A stretch of 64,000 nt of DNA from a virus (lineage: Duplodnaviria > Heunggongvirae > Uroviricota > Caudoviricetes). The DNA lies in IMG/VR virus record IMGVR_UViG_3300035520_000350, positions 32,466 to 96,465 of that record; one strand, 5' to 3'. Made by a program: the position numbers and the translations under genes. This document shows, in pieces, positions 17,583-25,987 of this stretch. The first letter of the stretch is position 1; every line of letters begins with the position of its first letter. The notes under the pieces were generated by a model, which had not been told where the DNA came from, did no database searches, and saw nothing but the letters and a program-made list of their open reading frames with translations.

Positions 17583-18041
17583 TTAGATATCAGTTACTTT
17601 GATCCAAGCAGTAACGAAACCTACTCTTCCTGCTTTCAATGGATCATTTGTAATACGGACCCTTCCGTTTACAATCTCTTTACTCCATATATAGTAAGTA
17701 CCAGTTCTACTAGTAACAGGAGTTTCAATAGAGCTACTAGAATACAAGTCTACATCATTGAGTTCAATAGACTGACCTGCTACAAAGCCACCCTTATTGA
17801 TATTAGTCTCCTCCTGTTCTATCTCCTTATTAAGATCTTCTGTCTTAACCCAACCAGTTACACAACCAGTTTTACCAGCATACTCTGCTTTAGAAGTAAT
17901 CCTAACTTTGTTGTTCACCACTTCAACCCCCCAAAGATAGAATTCCCCTGTCTTAGTATCTACTGGTCTAGGAGATCTAGGAGTAGGGTATACACTTGCT
18001 TTGTTTAGAGTAATCTTTTCTCCTGCAATAAGCTTATCCAT
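17583..18041 (-). CDS. Small protein, 152 aa, made of two SH3b-like putative cell-wall-binding repeats.
   Basis: Two copies of G(E/T)(F/Y)Y(L/I)W..E(V/I)VNN(K/R)VRIT....AG..G.VT.W(V/I)K, as in GEFYLWGVEVVNNKVRITSKAEYAGKTGCVTGWVKTEDL and GTYYIWSKEIVNGRVRITNDPLKAGRVGFVTAWIKVTDI. Confidence 0.45.
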   Translation of the reverse strand: MDKLIAGEKITLNKASVYPTPRSPRPVDTKTGEFYLWGVEVVNNKVRITSKAEYAGKTGCVTGWVKTEDLNKEIEQEETNINKGGFVAGQSIELNDVDLYSSSSIETPVTSRTGTYYIWSKEIVNGRVRITNDPLKAGRVGFVTAWIKVTDI

Positions 18042-18064
18042 TGTTCTTATCCTCCATTATAACT

Positions 18065-18451
18065 TTATGATTCATCATTATCTTCTGATGTATCAGAAGT
18101 AGTAAAGGTAGTATCCTTACTAATCATATGCTTATCTTTCATATATGATTCCATATAAGAACCACCAATCTTTACTACGTTCTCACTTGCCGCTTTAATT
18201 AAGTATCCACCAATAACTTCTCTGAAAGTAAGATGAATTTCTGAGATATAAGTATCAAGATACTGAATAGTACCTTGTCTGATGAAGTCTAAGGTTACGA
18301 TAACTATGAAGAACAAGTTAGCTAAGACAAAGATTAAGAAAGTAACGAATACTATCTTCTTACTGAACTCTTGTATCCAAGATAGGAATTCTATACTAGT
18401 CTTAATATTATCCTGACTAGACTGTTCTATTGACTTACTTCTTCCAAACAT
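18065..18451 (-). CDS. Single-TM membrane protein, 128 aa. Holin-like by position.
   Basis: One strong TM segment, KKIVFVTFLIFVLANLFFIVIVTL. It sits between the cell-wall-binding protein and the peptidoglycan hydrolase. Confidence 0.35.
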   Translation of the reverse strand: MFGRSKSIEQSSQDNIKTSIEFLSWIQEFSKKIVFVTFLIFVLANLFFIVIVTLDFIRQGTIQYLDTYISEIHLTFREVIGGYLIKAASENVVKIGGSYMESYMKDKHMISKDTTFTTSDTSEDNDES

Positions 18452-18473
18452 AATCTATTTACCTCCTTACTTT

Positions 18474-18498
18474 GAAATTATATGGATGTTGAGCAGTA
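18474..18498 (-). promoter_or_regulatory. Copy of the conserved promoter-like element. Minus sense reads CTGCTCAACATCCATATAATTTC.
   Basis: Lies about 25 nt upstream of the SD of the 18451 gene. Confidence 0.4.
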
Positions 18499-18542
18499 TA
18501 AAGGGACTAGGATATTACTCCTAGTCCCTCAAGAGTACTGTA

Positions 18543-19295
18543 TTACGGTTTAATAAGCTTACCCTGCTTTAACAGTTTAAGCATACTAGAGTTCTGTGCA
18601 GACGAGCCGGAATAGTTCTTGATACTGTTTGCCGTAGCGATCTTCTTTCTGTAAGAAAGACTGGTATCAGAACAGCCTACTGCTTCAAGAGCATCTACAA
18701 GACTTACAGAAGAACCAGTATACTTCTTGAAGTATGTCGGAAGACTCTTAGCCACAGCCTTCTTAGCTTCTACTCTTGGATTACCTGAGATAACAACTGC
18801 GGTATGACCCTTAGTCTTAGTAACCAGAATATCGCCATTGTAAACCGGTGTCTTCTCCTGACTTACATACTCCACCGGATCTTCAAACAGACCTGTAGCC
18901 TCAAGCTTCTCTACTTCATCAAGTGTAGTGAAGTTACCAGGATCTTTACCAGAAGCTTCCTTAACTACCTCTCTTACAAGAGTAGAGCAGTCTGCATCTG
19001 TTGGATCTTCGGTATCAATACCTTTCTGGATGATCTGACCTCTGTCATTCTGATCATAACCGATATTAGGGTTATTACATGCTGTTCTGTCCTTCTCTGC
19101 AATCTTGTTTGCAAGAGATACTTCCTTAGGACGTACAATGAGCCAGCCTTTAGCATGATTATACATCTTCTGCATACTAACTTCACCGGAGTAGTCATCA
19201 CCGGTTTTGTTCTTCTGCTTCTGATCTCCGCCTTTTCCGCCGGTATACTTACCGTTTTCATCTGATCGAGCGCTACCAATAATAATATCACTCAT
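18543..19295 (-). CDS. Peptidoglycan hydrolase (endolysin-like). CHAP or amidase_5-type Cys/His peptidase domain with a C-terminal LysM-like segment.
   Basis: Cys in IGYDQNDRG...DCSTLV and His in GHTAVVISG at CHAP-like spacing. The C-terminal LPTYFKKYTGSSVSLVDALEAVGCSD...KLLKQGKLIKP looks like LysM. Confidence 0.55.
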   Translation of the reverse strand: MSDIIIGSARSDENGKYTGGKGGDQKQKNKTGDDYSGEVSMQKMYNHAKGWLIVRPKEVSLANKIAEKDRTACNNPNIGYDQNDRGQIIQKGIDTEDPTDADCSTLVREVVKEASGKDPGNFTTLDEVEKLEATGLFEDPVEYVSQEKTPVYNGDILVTKTKGHTAVVISGNPRVEAKKAVAKSLPTYFKKYTGSSVSLVDALEAVGCSDTSLSYRKKIATANSIKNYSGSSAQNSSMLKLLKQGKLIKP

Positions 19296-19478
19296 AATGC
19301 AATCTCTCCTTTCCTAACTAAGATTTACTTTAAAGTTCATATCTAACAAACTAATGTGTCTAGATTCGTTAATCTAGATATCTAAGCTTATATATTATAA
19401 AGGTGTACTAAGAGATAAAAACATCTCATAGTATAGAGAAACTAAAGTAAATCCAAAAAAGAAAAGGAGAACAAAACA

Positions 19479-20213
19479 ATGAAAGCAATGAAAGTACGTG
19501 TAATACTTATGGAAGAGATTCTTGGAACCTTACCTGGAGATCCGGAAGTTTATAAGAACTGGATCGCATCCAAAGCTCCGACTGAGGAGAAGACCGAGGA
19601 AGAAGTCGAGATGATGACGAAGGCAAGCGCGGAGGAAGAGTTTGCGAAAGGTATCACAGTGTTCCCAAGAGATCCGGAGGGGCGTCCGTCAGTGTATGAC
19701 TACCTTATCAAAGGCTTCTTTAAGAATGCCTGCAATGCAATGAGAGATGCAGATTCTTCCGTATCGGCAGGCTTGTCCGCATACAAGAAGAAGATCGACA
19801 ATCTTGTGTTCATCGCTCCGCGTTACATCAATCTTCAGTTTGAAGGTTCAATCGGGTTCTGTGAGCGTCCGCTGAGAGCAAGTACAGCGCAGGGTGAGCG
19901 TGTAGCAATCGCCTGCTCGGAATCTATTCCGGCTGGAACAGTTCTTGAGTTTGAAGTAAGTGTACTCAAGGATGAGATGATGAACTACGTTGTGGAGTGG
20001 CTGGACTATGGTAAGTTCAACGGTCTTGGTCAGTGGCACAATTCCGGTAAGGGAAGATTCACCTGGGAAGATGTAAGTGAAGTTCCGGTAGCAGAGCCGA
20101 TCAGAAAGCAGATGGAAAAGGCAGCAGAAGCCGCAAAGAAGAAGAAAGAGGCTGCAGCTAAGAAGAGAGCAAAGAAGGAAGAGGCAGCGGCTGTTGAGTC
20201 GGAAGAAGAGTAA
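19479..20213 (+). CDS. Hypothetical protein, 244 aa, with a Lys/Ala/Glu-rich tail. Its GC is clearly higher than its surroundings.
   Basis: ORF with SD AAAGGAG. GC judged by eye. Confidence 0.5.
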   Translation: MKAMKVRVILMEEILGTLPGDPEVYKNWIASKAPTEEKTEEEVEMMTKASAEEEFAKGITVFPRDPEGRPSVYDYLIKGFFKNACNAMRDADSSVSAGLSAYKKKIDNLVFIAPRYINLQFEGSIGFCERPLRASTAQGERVAIACSESIPAGTVLEFEVSVLKDEMMNYVVEWLDYGKFNGLGQWHNSGKGRFTWEDVSEVPVAEPIRKQMEKAAEAAKKKKEAAAKKRAKKEEAAAVESEEE

Positions 20214-20460
20214 GATCCGCAACGGCAACGTGCAGTAAAGCACAATGTTGCTCAGTATTGTAATTGTGGTGTTATGTGCGTATTGGTAGCGTGATGGTAT
20301 GGTATAGCAAGGCACTGTTAGTACCGATTAGTAGAAAACACGTGATGGCTAAGTAAAGCATGATCAGGTATGGCTTAGTTACGGTTTGGTTAGGTATAGA
20401 CTCGTTGTGCTAGGGTTCTGACTAGTAATGCTATGTTCTGAGAGATTTATCACTCAAAGT

Positions 20461-20548
20461 GTTTACCTGATTGCAACCCTCAAATGTTTCAGGTAAACAA
20501 AAATAAAAATGGTGTGCTTGTATATCAAGCACACCATTTTATTTTTGG
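20461..20548. terminator. Two tandem hairpins, the second a bidirectional intrinsic terminator.
   Basis: GTTTACCTGA...TCAGGTAAAC, then AAAAATGGTGTGCTTG-TATAT-CAAGCACACCATTTT flanked by an A-run and a T-run. Confidence 0.6.
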
Positions 20549-20559
20549 ATCAAAAGTTC

Positions 20560-23500
20560 ATTACTTAAGTATCTGCAAAGCTTTATATGGCATTGATAGT
20601 ATTGCAATAGTCTAGTAAGGCATGGTATGGGCTGAGTGAAGTAGGGTTGAGTTGCGTAAAGCAAATGTACTTTAGAGCTATGATGTGTAGTGAATCGCAT
20701 AGGTGAAGTAATGTAGAGGTTGTATAGTTCAGTTATGGTTAAGTGGGGTGCTGTATGGAATGGTCATGTAAATGTATAATATCGTCCTGTTGTGCTACTC
20801 TAAGATATAATGTGCTGTAGTTGTCTAGTATTGTCGGGTGAAGTAAGGTATTTGCTGAGTATAATCGAGTAAAGTATTGTGAAGTAGAGGTAAAGTAGGG
20901 AAATGACGGTATGGCTAAGGTTTGGTATGGTAAAGATGTGTTTGGTGTTGTAATTGTATGGTGAGGTGGAGTAGTGCGTTGCTATGGCTTAGTGTAGCCA
21001 TGCTTTGTGACGTGCTGCTAATGATTTGTATAGTGACATGGAGTGGAGTAAGCAACTGCCTAGTTTAGTATCGTGAAGTCATGCGTTGGTGTTGCTTATC
21101 AATATGACGTAATGAATTGCCTAGGTGTAGTTTCGTTTGCCTTGTAAAGTAAGGGCATGGTGGAACACCATATTGTGGAGTAACTGTAAAGTTGAGTAAA
21201 GATAAGCGGAGTAAAGTTCAGTCAAGAAATGGAAAGGTTGCGTAAAGTGGCGGCTGTGCGGTAATGTTTTGTGAGGTGATGGTAAAGTAGAGTATCGCTA
21301 CGTACGGTGGTGAGATTGTATTGCCAAGAAATGACAAGTTTGGCTTTGTTATGTAGGGTCGTGGTGTAGTATAGATTCGTTGCGCATGGTGTTGCAGAGT
21401 CGAGGAAAAGTGCTGGAAGTATAGACAAGTTACGGTATAGAGCGGAATAGTTTAGTAAATGCTAGGTGTGGTAACGTCCTGTTTGTTAGATATTGTAATT
21501 GCATTGTTATGTTGGCTGATGTGAAGTAATGAGATTACTCGGTTATGTTTGATGATGTAAAGGTTCTGTGACGTTCAGTGGAGCTGAGTGTTGTTCAGTA
21601 AAGGTAAAGTGCGGATATGTTTTGTTCAGTTCAGTAATGGTGTCGTATCGTAAAGTTCTGTAATGGTACAGTTGCGTAATGTACTGCTTAATTCAGTAAT
21701 TGTGTCGTATGGTTGGGCTACTTAAGGTATTTGCTTAGTCAAGTGGTGTTAGCTTAGTAACGTCATGTTGTGGCATGTATTGCTGAGTTTAGGCAGTATC
21801 GTGATGGTGTATTACAGCGTAGTAGAGGATTGGTAAGGTAGAGCTTTGCATAGTATTGCTAATGAAATGCATTGACTTGTAATGTCTTGCAAATGTATTG
21901 TTAGGCAACTTGATGTATGGTTTTGTCAATGCTCGGTGATGTACTGATCAGCACTTCAAAGGTATGGTGAGTTGCAGCTAGTTCAGTAGAGGTAAGGTAC
22001 AGTTTTGTAGAATCTTGTATCGGAGAGGAAATGTAAAGTATAATGGCGCGATGGATGAGTAAGGTATTGATACGTAAAGTAATTGTGAAGCGCTCTATGG
22101 AATCGTTACGTCTAGCAAACTTTAGTAGAGGTAAGGTGAGGTGAGGCTTAGTGATGTGTCGTAGTGTAATAGTGAAGTGACGTCTCGTATTGAACGGTTT
22201 TGTCAAGCATAGGTAAAGTGAGGTCAGGAATGGTAAAGTTATGGTGTTGTTTTGTCTGTTAAAGTTATGTAAATGCAAGGTGAGGTCTAGCAAGTATTGT
22301 TTGTGAAGGTACAGTGTTGTGGAGTCACTAATGTATCGGCGAAATAAAGTCTTGTAAGGGTAAAGTTTGGTAGCATAGAGTTTCGTAAGGGTATAGTTTA
22401 GATTCGCGGTATAATGTGTTGTCCAGTATCTGCATGGTAAAGAAAAATACAGAAGAGTAAGGGTGAAGTGATGTGCAGATCGGTAAGGTGAAGCATTGTG
22501 TAGTATCTGAGTGGTAATGTTGGTTACGTAAGGTGGAGGTACAGTTGAGTAGAGCAATAGAACGTTAAGTTACGTAATTGAAATGATTAGCAAAGATAGT
22601 GATGCCAATCTATGCATTGCAATAGTATGGTGAAGTATCGTCAGTGCGGTAAAGGTACTGTATGGTGTGGTATAATTTGGTTGAGAAATTGTGTAGTAGT
22701 CTCTTGTATAGTAGTTGTGTAATAAGGTAGAGTTAGTAACGTTCGGTAAAGGTAAAGTACAGTTCGGATATGCATTGTAAATGTATAGTCGGGATGCGTA
22801 CCGAGTAGTCGTGTATTGTGACGGTATGATATAGTTACGTTACGGAAAAGTATGCTATTGTACGTGCGGTAAAGGTATTGTGAATTCAAGTATTGAAACG
22901 AAACGTATAGTAAAGGTAAAGTATTGCCGCGTCTCGCTTTGTATTGTATTTGTGCGGTAATGGTGTGGCGATGCATTATTTGGAAAAGTATCGTACCGAC
23001 AAAGTGATTTTTAGTAGCGTATCGTAAGGGTTTTGTGACGCAGGGTGACGTATAGTGTAGCAATTGCTGAGTGAGGTCATGATCTGTCAATGCGTAGTGT
23101 AGACAGGTATGGTGGTAGTGGAATAGTTTAGTCAAGTAAAGTGAAGCTATGAGACTGTGTAGTACATTCATGTTTTATTTAGCATTGCAACTGTAACCTA
23201 TAGCGATGTAATGCGTTGCTGTTGTAATGCAATGAATTGTAAAGCCATGCATCGTAACTGTTAATTGCTGTAAAGTTGTGTTAGGTTATGCTATTGAGCT
23301 GTATAACAAGGCTTTGTGATGGTCAAGACAGTTTAGTTCAGCAAAGGTATCGAATAGCCTAGTAAAGAAATGTGTAGTGGAGGTAACGTTTAATGAAGTT
23401 TAGACTCGTAATGGCATAGACAGTCTAGTAAAGTAAAGGTATAGTTTAGATAAGTCTAATTTAGTGATGGTAGAGCTTGAGATAGTTTTGTAACGTGAAT

Positions 23501-24880
23501 GTGAAGTGGGGCAAAGTCAAGTGTTGTTCAGTGCCTGCATGGTAAAAAATGTTTAGTTGCGGCAAAGTTAAGATAGTTATGTCACGCAGTTGTATAGTAA
23601 AGTGCGGATATGTAACGAATTGTTATGCTAAGGTATAGTACAGTGACATGCAGCGGGGTTGTGTCTAGCATCGTAGATGAAAAGTGATGTGGTGTTCTGC
23701 CAATGTGAAGTGGAGTGCCTCGATGATGGTTTTGTAATGTAGAGGTAAGGTGCAATAAAGTACTGTATAGTAAAAGCATTGGTAAGGTATTATAGGGTAT
23801 TGTATTATGCTGTATTTGATTAGTAAAGTTAACTCTGTATTGTAATTGTATGGGTAGTTGAGTTCCGTTCGGTATATGCATAGTCGAGAATAGTGCTGTT
23901 ACGGCATTGTAATTGTGTGGTAGTGTTGAGTTAAGTCTTGCAAATGTAGCTTGATGCGAGCTGAAGTATGGTTCAGTAAAGGTCAAGTGGAGCACAGTGA
24001 AGTTTAGTATCGCAATAGAGGAGTTATGCTATTGTAAGGATTAGTCTTGCCAAGAAAAGGTGAAGTCTTGCAGCGTAACGTAACGTACTGTAATTGTGGA
24101 GTTATGTGTGTATTGGTAGTGTGATGGTATAGTGCAGTAGAGCAATATTGCGTAAATGTAGAGTAAAGCAATGTATTATTTAGTAGAGGTACGGTCGGGG
24201 CAATGTTAAGTAGTGTGTTGCTATTGTAGAATGTGGTAAGGCGCTATGATGTTTAGTAAATGTAAAGTATCATGCTGGCAGTTAGGTGTGGTAACGTAAA
24301 TGCAAGGTGAAGCCTATTTCAGTAATGGTAGTGTATATGAGAAGTATAGCAACGTAACGTCTGGCTAAGCTAATGAAATGCAGAGTAACGTATTACAATG
24401 AACGAATTGCATAGGTAATGTGACTTCATGTTCTGTGATGTGAAGTGATGGTAAAGTGCACTAAAGTGTGTAGAGTAATGGTGTAGTAAAGTACGGTAAT
24501 GATGTGTGAGGTAAATGTAAAGTTACATGAAGTATGATGTAGTAATGGTGATATGATGTGAAGCAGAGACAAGTATTGCTAAGGTAAAGAAGTGCGTAGA
24601 ATGGTAACAGTAAAGTCTTGCTACGTAGATTAAAGTCATGCAATGGATAGGTGACGTTGAGTGGTGCATTGGTAGGGTAAAGTGGGGTAAAGGCAGTGTA
24701 GTTCTGTTACTGAACGGTGTGGTGGCGCAGCGCAACACTTAGTAAAGGTGATGTGATGTTCGACTGTGTTTTGTTATGGTGGAGTGCTGTGAGATGACGG
24801 AACGTGGAGGTAAAGGCTTGGTTATGTGTAATTGAGTGATGAGTTGTAAATGTAGTATAGAGTTTTGTTCAGCAAACAAA
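20560..24880. repeat. Non-coding island of about 4.3 kb. The plus strand is strongly C-depleted (G/T/A-rich) and built from degenerate short repeats (GGTAAAGT, GGTGAAGT, GTATTG, TGTAATTGTG) with an apparent ~1.1 kb higher-order periodicity.
   Basis: The 17-mer GTAAAGTGCGGATATGT sits at 21604 and 23597. CAGTNYCTGCATGGTAAA sits at 22424 and 23529. AGTTCGGATATGCAT...TAGTCG sits at 22761 and 23861. TTGTAATTGT occurs in at least 6 places. The only ORFs are minus-strand ORFs with T/L/Y/H-rich nonsense translations. Confidence 0.7.
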
Positions 24881-24935
24881 AGAGCTAAGGATAATATCCT
24901 TAGCTCTTTACTTCTCACTCTTCTTTATTTTTTAG
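24878..24935. terminator. Bidirectional terminator. It ends the minus gene 24932-25729 and would also stop plus-strand transcription leaving the repeat island.
   Basis: 14-bp stem AAAGAGCTAAGGAT/ATCCTTAGCTCTTT with an A-rich left flank and a T-rich right flank. Confidence 0.55.
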
Positions 24936-25729
24936 TAGTCTTTAAGCTTAGACTCCAAGTAGTCTATAGCTTCGTTTGTTTCTTTGATTCTCTTATCAAG
25001 CATCTTGTTAAAGGTAACAGCTCTGATGATTACTTCTCCAACTTTTAAGCCCGCATTAACACCATAACTGGTAATGACACTATTTTTCATTTTGCTACTA
25101 GTAGCTTTTAATGAATTTGCAAAACCATCGGCTGTGGTAGCTTTAAGCGCATCACCAGTTCCTTTGAAAAAAGCATCACTGACAGCATTTTGAGCTACTA
25201 CATTTACTATTAATGACAGTCCAGTTCTAGAGATACCAGTAATACCTGCATAAGCATCTTTTCTTACAATCAATCTCCAGATATCATTGAAAGGAATAAG
25301 CGCTTTAAGAGCATACTTTGCTCTAGCACTACCGGAATACTTAGCCTGTTCCATGTTCTTTACACACTTTTTAAGAACTTTAATCCTTTCTTTAAGATCC
25401 TCTTTGTCTTCTACCTTACTTCTAGAAGCTTTAACAAACTCATCATACCATTTCATAGTTTGTTTAAGAGTTACTGCATCATCTTCTGCAGCTTTTTCTA
25501 ATACTACTCCTAATTCTGTTAAGCACTCTGTGAAGTATTCATCACAGTAGTCGTATACTACTATAGCTTCATTGACTCCGTTAGCAGAACAAATTCTACT
25601 AAGCTGGTTAGAGATATTGAAATCTCCAGTAGCTTCACAGAATCTCTGTAAGTCTCTAGAAGAGATATAGTAGTTACCATTCTCAGAGTAGATCTGATAA
25701 GACATAGGATCTTTACTAGCCTCATTCAT
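24932..25729 (-). CDS. Hypothetical protein, 265 aa.
   Basis: ORF only. Confidence 0.5.
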   Translation of the reverse strand: MNEASKDPMSYQIYSENGNYYISSRDLQRFCEATGDFNISNQLSRICSANGVNEAIVVYDYCDEYFTECLTELGVVLEKAAEDDAVTLKQTMKWYDEFVKASRSKVEDKEDLKERIKVLKKCVKNMEQAKYSGSARAKYALKALIPFNDIWRLIVRKDAYAGITGISRTGLSLIVNVVAQNAVSDAFFKGTGDALKATTADGFANSLKATSSKMKNSVITSYGVNAGLKVGEVIIRAVTFNKMLDKRIKETNEAIDYLESKLKDY

Positions 25730-25987
25730 TACAGCTAATCCTTTTCTTACTTTATCATATCCCTCTTCAATAAGGGTAGTTCCTTCAGATAGTAGAATAT
25801 TATCTACTTCAGTGTCCCCCCCCTAGTGAAAGGGCGTGACCATAGATACCCATAATTAAGTCCTCCTTTAGAAGATTTTAGTTTGATTATTAATATAAAG
25901 TTCTGATTAGACTGTCTTATGAACTCTCTAAAATACTACTTACTAGCCTCCAAAACATTTTAATAACCACCAAATTTAGAAAGGAGA

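Noticed and set aside
21222-24738. Minus-strand ORFs of 60-218 aa inside the repeat island (21222-21428, 21901-22557, 22641-23171, 23582-23995, 24461-24738).
   Set aside because: Their translations are low-complexity T/L/Y/H/P-rich strings that arise from a G-free template strand in which TAA is almost the only available stop. They have no SD and no coherent gene structure, so I treat them as spurious.
20560-24880. CRISPR array as an explanation for the repeat island.
   Set aside because: There is no regular direct-repeat and spacer alternation of 25-40 nt units. The repeats are degenerate, of variable length and dispersed, and no cas genes are nearby.
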